From NCBI GenBank assembly GCA_964473465.1, contig CAYYPE010000002.1, positions 243,826 through 307,825 of the forward strand: a stretch of 64,000 nucleotides of DNA, given 5' to 3'. Below the pieces are notes generated by a model, which made no database searches, was not told the origin of the DNA, and was given only the letters and a program-made list of their open reading frames with translations. Each line of letters begins with the position of its first letter. Within the stretch, counting starts at the first letter, position 1. The position numbers were made by a program, and so were the translations under genes. Positions 41,864 to 52,800 of this stretch are shown piece by piece. The DNA comes from an uncultured Hyphomicrobiales bacterium (GTDB taxonomy: Bacteria; Bacteroidota; Ignavibacteria; Kapaibacteriales; UBA2268).

Positions 41864-43222
41864 TCATACTTTATCAGAAATCTTCTTTTCAATTTTTTCC
41901 AGATATGTCTCAATGCTATTAATCAAAGTTTGTTTTTGAACTTCCTTTTCGATGTTTATAGTTTCATAATTTTTTAAGTTTTCCTGCTGCAAACTGATTA
42001 TTTCATCTTTTGAAATAAGTAAATCCTGAAGCTCGCTGATTTTTTCGTTTAGAGAATCCTTCTGGGCTATCAAACTTGTTTTTTCCTTTAGTGCCGAGAA
42101 TAATTTGTTCTCCAGATTTAGTTTATCATTGTTCAGTAGTTTCAATTGACTTTCTTTTTCTGATATCTTCGATTGTAACTGGACTATTTCGTTTTGCATC
42201 CGATGAAAATCAATTTGATACTGTTTGAACTCAATTAATTTTTTTTCAACTTCTGTCTTTTCCGCTTCAATCTGTTTAATTTTTTCTTCATAATCATTTA
42301 TTTTATCTCTGTCTTCCGTCAAAGATTTTATTTTTTTATTTAAATCCTCAATTTCTTCATCTTTTTTTGTTATAACCTGATTTAATTCATCAATTTTATT
42401 ATTGAGTTCTTCTATTTCTATTATTTTAAGTTCAAGCTCTGAGATATTTTGTTTAAGAGCATTTTCGGCTAAAACTTTTTCTTCGAATTTAATTTTTAGA
42501 TCAGCAAGTTCTATTTCTGCTGAGGTCAGACTATCCTTCAGCTCATTTAATCTTGAATCCTTAACAAAAATATCGCTTCGTAGCTGTTCTTCAATATTCT
42601 TATATGATTCGATTTCTTCAGTCAAACGAGTTATTTCTATTTCATAATTTTCGTTTATATGTTTTAATTCTTCCTTAGCTTTTTCGAGCTCTTCTTCTGT
42701 GGCTAAATTTGCCGAGTTAAGCTCATCAATTCTTGCGGAAAATTCCTGAAATCGGTATTCGTTGTTCTTGTATTCTGCAATAAGGTTATTTAGTTCAATG
42801 ATTTCCTGATTCAGATTGTTTATGGTATGATTTTTTTCGATTATGTCTTGTTGGGCTATCTTCAATTCTTCCCGAAGTTTTTCGGAATCGTCCGATTGAA
42901 TTTTCTGGTTAAGCTCCGCAACAAGTTTTTCAAGTTCAGAGTTCTTTTCGGTTAAATTATTTATTACTTTCTGCAACTCTTCGACTTTGAAAGAATAGTA
43001 AGATTCTTTCTCCTGTTGAATATTTTCACTTTCGAAGTCAAAAAAATAATTATTCGATTCTTTCGGAATTTTTCTTAGTTTATCATTTTCTTCTCTTAAG
43101 TCTCTGATTAGCTCTGCAGACATATTAATAAAATGCCATAAATTATTAACCGCAGTCTGTATTGACTGACTGGGTTTTAATTCCTGCTCTTCAAGATTAT
43201 CAAACATTCTGTGATTTTCCAT
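41864..43222 (-). CDS. hypothetical long coiled-coil protein (452 aa)
   Basis: Almost entirely heptad-repeat E/K/L-rich sequence, no TM; immediately downstream of pheT on the same strand. Confidence 0.5.
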   Translation of the reverse strand: MENHRMFDNLEEQELKPSQSIQTAVNNLWHFINMSAELIRDLREENDKLRKIPKESNNYFFDFESENIQQEKESYYSFKVEELQKVINNLTEKNSELEKLVAELNQKIQSDDSEKLREELKIAQQDIIEKNHTINNLNQEIIELNNLIAEYKNNEYRFQEFSARIDELNSANLATEEELEKAKEELKHINENYEIEITRLTEEIESYKNIEEQLRSDIFVKDSRLNELKDSLTSAEIELADLKIKFEEKVLAENALKQNISELELKIIEIEELNNKIDELNQVITKKDEEIEDLNKKIKSLTEDRDKINDYEEKIKQIEAEKTEVEKKLIEFKQYQIDFHRMQNEIVQLQSKISEKESQLKLLNNDKLNLENKLFSALKEKTSLIAQKDSLNEKISELQDLLISKDEIISLQQENLKNYETINIEKEVQKQTLINSIETYLEKIEKKISDKV

Positions 43223-43263
43223 TTATGTTAATTATTTTCTTCTAACAAATTGTCAATAATAAA

Positions 43264-45699
43264 TCAGAAACTTCTTAGTTTAGCACCAAATTTTTTTTCA
43301 ACTTTTCTAATAATATCTTCTATGACGGCTGTAATTTCATTTTCTTCAAGAGTGTGGTCTTCCGAATTAAATACCATCGAAAAGGCAATGCTTTTCTTTC
43401 CATCAGCAATATTTTTTCCTTTATATAGATCAAAAATTTCAACATTTTTCAGCAGTTTACCTCCATTTTTCACTATCTCATCATACAATTCTTTTGCCGG
43501 TAAATTTTCTTCCACGATAAAGGCAAGGTCACGAAGAACAGGCGGGTATGGGGATACCTTCTGATACTTATTTTCTGCAAGCTCTGTTTTTCTTAACTCT
43601 GTCAGGTTTAATCTCAAAATGAAAACAGGATATCTTATATCATATTTTTGCTGAAATTCTTTACCGATTTCTCCAATCTCTCCAATCCCTTTTCCGTTAA
43701 TGAATATTTCAAGATGATTTGCATTGAACATCTTGCCTTTTTCTTCTGATTGCTTTAGTGTCAATTGATTCACTCCAAAGAAATCCTTTAAATCGGTAAA
43801 TAGCCCTTTTATATCATAAAAATCAACCAATCTTGGTTTTTCATCCCATCGTGTAGGGGTAACCTCCCCAGACATTGCAATCACAAGCTCTTCAATTTCT
43901 TTTACATTGGGGATAAATTCATCTTCATTCTCTGTTCTATGAAAAGATTTGCCGACTTCAAAAAATCGAATGTTATATGATCCGAGTGCATTATTTCTTC
44001 CGATGGTTTTGAGAAAAGAAGGAATAAGCGAAGTCCTCATCATAGACAATTGTTCGCCTAACGGGTTTGAAATTTTGAATGGGGTCTCTCCTGTTATCTC
44101 GGCTGATTCGGGGTCAACTATGTTTTGTGTAACAATCTCATTAAATCCCGAATAAGTCAGGAAGTTCTTAATCCTTGCCCTATATGAATTTACCTGCAGT
44201 TTATCCGTAACTCCTTTGCCAGAAAAATCAATATTGCTCGTAAAATCTGGTGCTAAATTGTCGTAATTATATAATCTTGCAATCTCTTCGATTAAATCAA
44301 TTTCGAGAGAAATATCAACACGGTAATTTGGAATTTCAACCTTAATTTGACCCTCTTCCTCGGAAATAATCCCGAATCCAAGTGCTTTAATTATTGATTG
44401 AATCGTTTGATTTGATAAATCTAAACCGATTATGTCTCTTGCTCTTTGATATCTGAGATTTATTATTGGTTTAGCCTTTTTAACAGGATAAACATCAATC
44501 ACATCGCCCTGTGGGGTGCCACCGCAAATTTCTGATATTAGTTGTGTGGCTTTGTTAGAAGCATAAATAATATTATCAATATCAACACCCCTTTCGAAAC
44601 GATACGAGGATTCGCTCTGTATCGAAAGTTTTTTTGAAGTCCTTCGAATGGAAGAGGGATTAAAATATGCCGATTCAATCAAAACATTTTTGGTATTTTC
44701 ATTTATTTCGCTATTTAGTCCGCCCATAACACCGCCTATAGCCACCGACCTTTCTCCATCGCAAATCATCAAGATTTCTCCATCCAGTTCCCTCTCAATT
44801 TTATCAAGCGTTGTAAATTTCTCTCCTTCGCCGGCAGCTTTTACAACTATTTTATTACCCTTCAATAAATCAAGATCGAAAGCATGCAAAGGTTGCCCGC
44901 ATTCAAGAAGAACATAATTTGTTATATCAACAACATTGTTTATTGATCTCTGTCCTAACATTGTCAGTCTGTTTTTTAACCATGCAGGGGATTCTCCTAT
45001 AGTTACATTTCGGATTACCCTCGCAGTATATCTCGGGCAGTTCTTAATATCTATGACTTCGATGCTGACAGAGTCCTGAGTTTTGGGCAGTCCATCTTTA
45101 AAATTTATTTCAGGATATTTTATTTTGATTTCTCTTCCAGAATTATAAGATATATAAGCTGCTATCTCCCTTGCAATTCCTATATGGCTAAGGCAATCAG
45201 ATCGGTTTGGAGTTATTCCGAGTTCGAAAATTATATCATTCATTCCCAGATAATCAGCAAGGCTTATTCCTTCCTTAACACTTTCGGGTAGCACCCATAT
45301 ACCACTCTTTTCATCGCTAACACCTAATTCATATTCAGAACATATCATTCCCTCGGATACAACATTTCTAACAGGTCTTGTTTCGAGCTTCAAACCATTA
45401 ACGGGAACAATTGCACCCGGCAAACCTAAAATTACTTTTTGACCTGCCTCTACGTTTTGAGCACCGCATACTATTGTTCTTACTTCTTCATTTATTCTAA
45501 CCTTACATACTGATAGCTTGTCTGCATTTGGATGCTTCTCTTTCTCAAGGACTTTTGCAGTAAAAAATCCTTGATATTTTTCACTATAGTTTTCAATAGC
45601 ATCTATCTCCAGACCAAGCATAGTCAGAATGTCGGCTAACTCAGTTATGCTAAAATCAAAATCTACTAATTCTTTCAGCCAATTATACGAAACGAGCAT
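43264..45699 (-). CDS. pheT: phenylalanyl-tRNA synthetase beta subunit
   Basis: 811 aa; N-terminal MLVSYNWLKELVDFDFS and tRNA-binding OB domain; B3/4 and FDX-ACB C-terminal domain. Confidence 0.95.
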   Translation of the reverse strand: MLVSYNWLKELVDFDFSITELADILTMLGLEIDAIENYSEKYQGFFTAKVLEKEKHPNADKLSVCKVRINEEVRTIVCGAQNVEAGQKVILGLPGAIVPVNGLKLETRPVRNVVSEGMICSEYELGVSDEKSGIWVLPESVKEGISLADYLGMNDIIFELGITPNRSDCLSHIGIAREIAAYISYNSGREIKIKYPEINFKDGLPKTQDSVSIEVIDIKNCPRYTARVIRNVTIGESPAWLKNRLTMLGQRSINNVVDITNYVLLECGQPLHAFDLDLLKGNKIVVKAAGEGEKFTTLDKIERELDGEILMICDGERSVAIGGVMGGLNSEINENTKNVLIESAYFNPSSIRRTSKKLSIQSESSYRFERGVDIDNIIYASNKATQLISEICGGTPQGDVIDVYPVKKAKPIINLRYQRARDIIGLDLSNQTIQSIIKALGFGIISEEEGQIKVEIPNYRVDISLEIDLIEEIARLYNYDNLAPDFTSNIDFSGKGVTDKLQVNSYRARIKNFLTYSGFNEIVTQNIVDPESAEITGETPFKISNPLGEQLSMMRTSLIPSFLKTIGRNNALGSYNIRFFEVGKSFHRTENEDEFIPNVKEIEELVIAMSGEVTPTRWDEKPRLVDFYDIKGLFTDLKDFFGVNQLTLKQSEEKGKMFNANHLEIFINGKGIGEIGEIGKEFQQKYDIRYPVFILRLNLTELRKTELAENKYQKVSPYPPVLRDLAFIVEENLPAKELYDEIVKNGGKLLKNVEIFDLYKGKNIADGKKSIAFSMVFNSEDHTLEENEITAVIEDIIRKVEKKFGAKLRSF

Positions 45700-45869
45700 A
45701 AAAAATAATTATAAGTATTTAAAAGAATTGCAAATTAGTGAATTTACATGAAATTTTTATTACCATTTTCCTCCAGAAAAAATCAAAAACAATATTTTTT
45801 GATAAAAATTGAGATGATTTTTTGTTAAAAGACCACAATCGAGGTATTGTTTGCTTTCTGATCAGATAA

Positions 45870-46955
45870 TTATTTGATTAAGCCATCACAGATTGTTTTT
45901 AAAGCCTCGAATATTTTATTTGCGGGTATCTCTGATATTGATTTTCCTTCAGTTTCTATTGAAATATATTTTGTTTTGTATGGGAACCATGGCATATCAG
46001 ATGTTCTATTCTGTCCCTTATATAATGCTATGCAAGGCTTTTTGAACGCAGAAGCAAGATGGACGGCAGAAGTATCGGGTGTTATTATAATATCACAGGC
46101 AGCCAAATGATTAGCATAGCTGTCAAAGTCTTTAAATAGTGGGGCTATCTGAACTTTGAAATCTCTGGAAATTTCAGTAATCTCTTCTGAATAATCAGTA
46201 GTATAGAAAAGAATCAATTCAACTTCCTTTAAAAATCTTTGGCAAAGCGATATTAAATCCCGCAAATTTTCTCTTCCAATAAATTTACTTCTATCAGATC
46301 CAGCTACATTCACAGCAACTAAAAGTTTTCCCGGTTGCCTGCCAAATTCTTCTGATGCTATTGCTAATTTTTCCTTGTTTACAGGATAAAAGGGAGCAAG
46401 ATTTTCTTCAGTCGGATTAACCCCAAATGGGAGTAATATCATAGAGATACGTTCAATAATGTGATTTTTTCTCTTATCAGGCAATGGGACTATATATGTA
46501 TAAATATTTTTATTTTCTTTGTCAAAGCCAATAGAAGATTTTGCGTTTATTAGCTTAATAAATATGCTTGATGTGGTCGAAGCATTATCAAAAAGGTCAA
46601 TGATCAAGTCGAATTGATTTTTTCTTAGATTTTTTATCATTCCTATTAATTTATTTAGTTCCTTCGAATAAATATATATTTTATCCACAAATTCCAAAAT
46701 ACATGAATGGGCTGGATAGTTTTTAGCACTTAAAATAATATCAATTTTTGTCGCGGGCAGTTTATTCCTTAAGATCCTGATAATTGAGGAAGAAATTAAC
46801 AAATCTCCGATTCTATCCTGCCGTAGAATCAAAATATTTAGATTTCCACTAAAAATAATTTTAGGACTGTTAATAGCTATGGGGTTCTTTCCGCTAAAGA
46901 TTAGCTTATTAATTAATTTTTTAAATACTAACTCAATTCCTTTTAAGCCTGACAT
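45870..46955 (-). CDS. GT9-family glycosyltransferase (heptosyltransferase-like)
   Basis: ILILRQDRIGDLLISSSIIRILR N-terminal GT9 block; C-terminal ITPDTSAVHLASAFKKPCIALY. Confidence 0.8.
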   Translation of the reverse strand: MSGLKGIELVFKKLINKLIFSGKNPIAINSPKIIFSGNLNILILRQDRIGDLLISSSIIRILRNKLPATKIDIILSAKNYPAHSCILEFVDKIYIYSKELNKLIGMIKNLRKNQFDLIIDLFDNASTTSSIFIKLINAKSSIGFDKENKNIYTYIVPLPDKRKNHIIERISMILLPFGVNPTEENLAPFYPVNKEKLAIASEEFGRQPGKLLVAVNVAGSDRSKFIGRENLRDLISLCQRFLKEVELILFYTTDYSEEITEISRDFKVQIAPLFKDFDSYANHLAACDIIITPDTSAVHLASAFKKPCIALYKGQNRTSDMPWFPYKTKYISIETEGKSISEIPANKIFEALKTICDGLIK

Positions 46956-47127
46956 TGATTTCTAAGTTTAATAAAATAAACAATAAATTAAAAGATAAAA
47001 TAAAAAATAAATTATTCCTTTTGAAATTTCCTGAAAAAAAATTTTGCAATAAGTCAAATTAAAACGTAATTTTATAGGTTAATTTTTTTTCATTTTAATA
47101 AATTAAACTAAAACTGACAACGAAAAG

Positions 47128-47430
47128 GTGGTAAAGACAATCAAATTTACAATAGGTGGTAAGGATTACTCTCTGAAGGGAGATAATGAGGTATTGCTTT
47201 ATAGGGCAGCTAATGATGTAAATAACGTGTATTCAAAAATTCAGGAGAGTTATCCTGACGAATCTGTTTCGACAATTTCGGTTCTGACGGCATTGAATAT
47301 TGCTGAGAAAAGTATAAATGAAAAACAACAAATCGAAGTTGACGAAGACTACCTCGTTGAACAAATAAACAAAATGACAGATTATTTGTCCAAAGTTATG
47401 AGATACGATAAATACTATGAAAACGAATAA
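47128..47430 (+). CDS. zapA: cell-division protein ZapA
   Basis: 100 aa; GTG start; VKTIKFTIGGKDYSLKGDNE...LTALNIAEK matches the ZapA N-terminal strand and helix pattern. Confidence 0.65.
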   Translation: MVKTIKFTIGGKDYSLKGDNEVLLYRAANDVNNVYSKIQESYPDESVSTISVLTALNIAEKSINEKQQIEVDEDYLVEQINKMTDYLSKVMRYDKYYENE

Positions 47431-47522
47431 ATTACATATCAGAATAGATTCAGATTCACATGCTTGTGCTTTTGGAACCGTATCTGTCGAAACAAGAAGT
47501 TCTTTGAAATATTACAAACTAT

Positions 47523-47752
47523 AAGCCGCGAAGATTGTCGTTGTCAGTTCCATCGAGCGAAAGAACCGTTAGTTTAAAAAAATAGGGTGATAGGCTCTTA
47601 CTATAAATTACAGGCCTCATTCATCTTCGGATGAAAATCCCGTTTGGGGTTCAGTGGACGTAAAATATAGTTAGGATGTTACCCACTGTGTTGAGTTGGG
47701 TTCTTCACCGACTCACGATTACTGGCGATGATTCTTTGCGGCATTTTTTTTA
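47523..47752 (+). ncRNA. candidate structured small RNA (6S/SsrS-like?) between zapA and rny, ending in an intrinsic terminator
   Basis: GC-enriched, non-coding; 16-bp closing helix (47525-47540 with 47726-47742, one bulge, G-U pairs) followed by T8; perfect UUCG-capped hairpin 47620-47635; CAGTGG/CCACTG and TGAGT/ACTCA helices; position downstream of zapA as for ssrS in E. coli. Confidence 0.35.
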
Positions 47753-47827
47753 ACTAAATACTAACAATTAATTTTTTCTTAATCTATTATATTATAAATG
47801 GTCAATTGATTAGAAAGGTAGGATAAT

Positions 47828-49402
47828 ATGAATGAGGCGTTAATAATAATACTGAGCTTGGCTGGTGCGATTGCAGGGTTCTTGATTGCTTATTTTATTT
47901 CGAATAAAGCTCTATCAGCTAAAATCGCTTTAAAAATCTCTCAGGCAGAACAAGAAGCTCAGAATATCAAAAAAGAAGCAGAATTAACTGCTAATAACAT
48001 AAAAAAAGAAAAGTTGCTCGAAGTTAAAGAAGAATGGCATCGCAGAAAACAGGAATTTGAAAATGAAGCAAATCAAAAGAAACAAAAACTTCAAGCCGCA
48101 GAAAAACAACTTAAGCAACGGGAAGAAGCCATCGAAGAAAAACTGAATGTTATCTCGAGAAAAGAAAAACAACTTCAGGCTTACGACGAAGAAATCGCAC
48201 GCAAAGAAGAGCAAATCAAGGATAAAATGGTAGAAGTTCATAGAATTATAGAAGAACAAATCAAAGTGCTCGAACAACTTAGCGGGCTTTCAAGAGAAGA
48301 AGCAAAAAAGACTCTTATTGATAATTATGTCAATGAAGCTAAAGCCGAAGCAGCTGTTATCATTAAACAAATTAAAGATGAAGCTAAGATGAATGCCCAG
48401 AAAGAAGCAAGAAACATTATTATTGAAGCTATCCAGAGAACTGCTGCCGACCACAGTGTGGAAAGCACTGTTTCGGTTGTCAATCTTGACAGTGACGAAA
48501 TGAAAGGCAGAATTATCGGGCGTGAGGGCAGAAACATCAGAGCTTTCGAAGCAGCCACCGGCATTGACTTAATTATTGATGATACTCCCGAAGCTGTTGT
48601 CATTTCCGGATTTGACCCTTTCAGACGCGAAGTTGCCAAAGTAGCTCTCGAAAAACTTATGGTTGATGGCAGAATTCACCCTGCAAGAATTGAGGAAATT
48701 GTTGAAAAAACAAAAAAAGAGCTCGAAGACGATATTATCAGAATCGGCGAAAACACTGTCCTTGAGCTTGGTTTGCACAATATGCACCCCGAGCTAACCC
48801 GTCTTATTGGAAAAATGAAATACAGGTCAAGCTACGGTCAAAACCTACTTAATCATTCTATTGAAGTGGCTCAGCTCTGTGGTATTATGGCGATTGAACT
48901 TGAACTCGACCCAAAAATTGCCAAAAGAGCCGGTTTACTTCACGATATTGGTAAATGTGTTGAACAAAACACCGAAGGTCCTCATGCTTTGGTAGGTCTC
49001 GAGATAGCAAAAAAATATAAGGAAAGCCCAATTATTGCCAATGCAATAGGTGCTCACCACGAAGATATTGAGATGGAATCCCCCTATGCTGTTATTGTTC
49101 AGGCAGCCGATTCCATCAGCGGTGCAAGACCCGGTGCAAGAAGGGAATCGCTTGAAAATTACGTTAAACGACTTGAAAAACTCGAAACACTTGCTCAGAG
49201 CTTCGATGGTGTGATTAAAACATTTGCCATTCAGGCAGGCAGAGAAGTCAGGGTTATTGTCGAACCCGAAAAAATTGACGACATAACTGCCGATAATCTT
49301 GCAAACAATATCGCTCAAAGAATCGAACAGGAAATGGAATATCCCGGACAGATTAAAGTTATTGTTATCAGAGAAAGGCGCAGCGTTTCTCTTGCTAAAT
49401 AA
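47828..49402 (+). CDS. rny: ribonuclease Y
   Basis: N-terminal TM, long coiled coil, KH domain ([23 protein letters not shown]), HD domain (LLHDIGK, HH); 524 aa. Confidence 0.95.
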   Translation: MNEALIIILSLAGAIAGFLIAYFISNKALSAKIALKISQAEQEAQNIKKEAELTANNIKKEKLLEVKEEWHRRKQEFENEANQKKQKLQAAEKQLKQREEAIEEKLNVISRKEKQLQAYDEEIARKEEQIKDKMVEVHRIIEEQIKVLEQLSGLSREEAKKTLIDNYVNEAKAEAAVIIKQIKDEAKMNAQKEARNIIIEAIQRTAADHSVESTVSVVNLDSDEMKGRIIGREGRNIRAFEAATGIDLIIDDTPEAVVISGFDPFRREVAKVALEKLMVDGRIHPARIEEIVEKTKKELEDDIIRIGENTVLELGLHNMHPELTRLIGKMKYRSSYGQNLLNHSIEVAQLCGIMAIELELDPKIAKRAGLLHDIGKCVEQNTEGPHALVGLEIAKKYKESPIIANAIGAHHEDIEMESPYAVIVQAADSISGARPGARRESLENYVKRLEKLETLAQSFDGVIKTFAIQAGREVRVIVEPEKIDDITADNLANNIAQRIEQEMEYPGQIKVIVIRERRSVSLAK

Positions 49403-49424
49403 AAACTTCCAAAATATCATTTTC

Positions 49425-49456
49425 AGGGGCAATTCTTAATTGCCCCTTCTTTTTTA
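49425..49456 (+). terminator. rho-independent terminator of rny
   Basis: Perfect 10-bp stem AGGGGCAATT/AATTGCCCCT, 3-nt loop, then TCTTTTTT. Confidence 0.85.
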
Positions 49457-49700
49457 AATTTTCACAAAGCGTCCCACCCAACCGCCAACACGGACAAAAT
49501 ATAGCCCCGCCAGCAAGATCGAAACATCAACCCTTAGTAGGTCGGACATTCCTGTCTGACCAATTTTCACAGACGGGAACGTCTGTGCTACTACTGATAA
49601 AAGACACTCCCCAAGCAGGTTGTAGATTTTGATTATAGACTCCCACTTTCGTGGGAATGAGAAAGGGCAGTAATCTGTCATTTATGGTAAACTGGAATCC
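49457..49700 (+). other. GC-rich hairpin-dense non-coding segment (candidate sRNA or cis-regulatory leader of the DUF2723 gene)
   Basis: Three perfect tetraloop hairpins within 120 nt (49540-49561 UUCC loop, 49568-49587 GGAA loop, 49641-49656 UUUC loop); the only minus-strand ORFs here are spurious. Confidence 0.3.
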
Positions 49701-49851
49701 AGATCTACTTTTAATCAACATTTGCTAATAGCTTTTTGTTCAAATTAAAATCAGTCAATTAATTCAAAGATTATAGCTAAATTTGTATTTTATTTAATTT
49801 AAATTTAACTTTTTTAGTTTTTTTATTGTTAATAAATTTAACGGAAATTAA

Positions 49852-52800
49852 ATGGATAATAATAAGGCATATTACTGGGGATTTGGAATACTATCATTCC
49901 TTGTAACATTCATAGTATATTCTTTAACAGTGCAACCCTCTGTTCCATTCTGGGACTGTGGGGAATTCTCTGCTGCAGCAATCTGGCAGCAGGTGCCTCA
50001 TCCTCCGGGCGCACCATTATTTTTAATGTTAGGTAGTCTCTTTCAGTTTTTGATTCCATTTGGTGATTTGGGTTGGCGGATGAACATGTTATCGGTATTC
50101 TCAACATCCTTTACAATTTTACTGCTGTATATGATAACTGTCAAGGTTATAATGAATTTCCGAAAAGAGGAGATTTCCGATTTAGCTGACAGATTAATGG
50201 TTTATGGCTCTGCCTTTGTTGGAGCATTGGCATTCTGTTTTAGCGACACTCTTTGGTTTAACGGGGTTGAATCAGAAGTTTATGCCACTTCCTCTCTTTT
50301 CACTGCTCTGGTCGTTTTTCTGATGATGAAATGGAATGAAGTAGCAGACAATCCGGGTCACGAAAGATATTTACTGCTTATTGCTTACATTCTTGGACTT
50401 TCTACCGGTGTCCATTTATTGGCTATTTTAACTGTCTTTTCAATTGTAATGGTGATTTATTTCCGAAAATATGAAATAAACACTAAATCTTTCATCCTGA
50501 TGGGAATTATTGCTTTAGTTGTATTTTTCATTGCATATCAGTTTGTTATTATGTGGCTACCCACAATGCTTGCAGGCGATTCTCCCTTCAAGAACGAAGC
50601 AAGAGAAAGAATTATTGAGGACAGTCCAGTTATGACTCTATTTGCCATTGCAATAATTGGAGGAGCAATTGCCCTTTTATGGTATGGTATAAAGAAAAAA
50701 TACCATATGTTAAAGTTAACAACAACATTTTTTTTATTAATTCTTTTCGGGTTCACCACTTATACGCATATTCTTTTAAGGTCGAATGCTAATCCTCCAA
50801 TGAATGAAAACGAACCTAAAAATTTTCCTAAATTAGTCTCCTACCTTGGTCGTGAGCAATATGGAGAGCAAAGAATGTGGCCTCGCAGAACTGATTATAA
50901 CGATGAGCAAAAGAAATTTTATTATAATCAGCGAGATGAAAACGGAAATTATGTTTATGGAGAATGGTATGAACCAGAAACCAAAAGAGTTGTAAGAAAA
51001 GACGGGCAGGCTATCTCAGTTCCTGATTGGAGCAATGTAAATACCGAGGGAGAACTGAATTACCTCTGGAAATATCAGATTGTTCATATGTATATGAGAT
51101 ATTTCTTCTGGAATTTTGTTGGGCGGCAAAGTGATGTTCAGGATGCCGATTTTGCCTTTCTGGACAAAGGTGAATCGGATATATTAAATTATAAATCTGG
51201 TTTTGCGGACAAGTTTCCTGTCAGGTTTTTCGCACTGCCATTGATTTTAGGCTTGATTGGTATATATTTTCATTTCACAAAAGATAAAAAAATGGCATGG
51301 GTGTTTCTGGTTATGTTTCTTTTGATGGGAGTATTGGCTGCAATTGCCCAAAACCAGCAAAATCCACAGCCAAGAGAGCGTGATTATTTCTATACGGGTT
51401 CTTTCATGGTATTTTGTATGTGGATTGGGCTTGGAACTTATGCCCTTGTGGAATGGATTTTCAAACAGAAAAAGGCTCCAGCTTTAGTTTCTTTGATTAT
51501 AGCCGGTTGTTTGCTATTAGTCCCGGTAAATATGGCAATAGGAGGTTGGAATATTCATACAAGAGCAGGAAATTATATTCCGTTTGATTACTCCTATAAT
51601 ATTCTTCAGAGTTGTGAAAAAGATGCTATATTGTTTACAAATGGTGATAATGATACCTTCCCATTATGGTTTCTTCAGGATGTTGAGGGTGTCCGAAGAG
51701 ATGTCAGAGTTGTCAATCTCAGCTTAGGTCAGACTCTTTGGTATATAGACCAGCTAAAAAACAGAGAACCTTGGGGTGCAAAGAAAATTCCTTTATCTTT
51801 CTCTGACGAAAGCCTTCGAGTTAGTGAAACAGACGAAAGGGCTTTGTCTTATGATTTTGGAGAAGCCAAAAATATTACCATTCCAGTTAAAAAGGAAATT
51901 CTTGCTGAATACACTGACGACCAGAACATAATCAATTCAGGACAAATGAACTTCACATTCGTTGGGAGTCAGCTTGGTGAACGTGATGGAAAAACCTATT
52001 ATGTTTTCTATGTAAACAATAAATTAATTCTTGATATTCTTCAACAAACAAAATTTGAGAGACCTGTTTACTTTTCTTCTTCTGTTGGTCCTGATGTTTT
52101 TTCAGGCCTTGGAAGACACTTAAGATATGAGGGTATGGCTATGAGAGTATGTCCCGTTCCAGTAAACAGCCTGAAAACCGGCAAGATATACGAAAAAGTT
52201 ATGGACGCCTGCCTGATGAATGTTGATAATTCAAATAATTTTTCGAGAGAGCCCAAATTTGGCTTCAAATTACGTAATCTTGATGGGAATAGTTATTATT
52301 ACTATGACGAAGTCCATAGAAGATTGATGACCAACTATAGAATTTTATACCTTAATTATGCAACATATCAATTGGAAACAAAGAAAGATTCCGCTAAGTG
52401 CATTAAAGTTATTGATATGATGAACAAATATATCTCGCCGGTTTATTTCCCATTGTATCATGACGAGGAATCCCAGATTGCTCTGCTTTATAACGAAGCA
52501 GGCGACAAGGAAAAAGCAAGAGAATGGGCTCGAAGAACAATCAAGAGCTGTAACGAAATCCTTTCTAATAATAAATTGCGCAGGGACAGAGTTGAAACGT
52601 TGGCTGATGAGATGAAAGGTAGGCATGGAGTCCATAAGTCAGCTGCCGAGGCTTATAAAATATTAGGTGATTATAACTCTGCCAGAGAAAAACTTATGGC
52701 TCTTTATACTATTTCCCGTCAGGCTCTCTCAAGTATTCAGGGGAATCCGCAATATCAAAACGAAGCCAGTCAGGTTCAGAAAAATATTTATGATATTCTT

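Noticed and set aside
47431-47760. tmRNA, RNase P RNA, SRP RNA or a known riboswitch as identity of the zapA-rny structured region (also considered for 49457-49700)
   Set aside because: None of the near-universal motifs could be found on either strand: tmRNA tRNA-like CCA end and ..ALAA tag ORF, RNase P P4 AGGAAAGUCCGG / ACAGAAUCCGGCUUA, SRP GGAAGCAGC helix-8 motif, B12/TPP/SAM boxes. The regions are also too short for RNase P or tmRNA.
49454-49721. Two overlapping minus-strand ORFs (75 aa and 64 aa) in the rny-DUF2723 spacer
   Set aside because: Their translations are low-complexity (C-, P-, G-rich) and they lie antisense to a hairpin-dense GC-rich segment. They are better explained as chance ORFs in a structured non-coding region.
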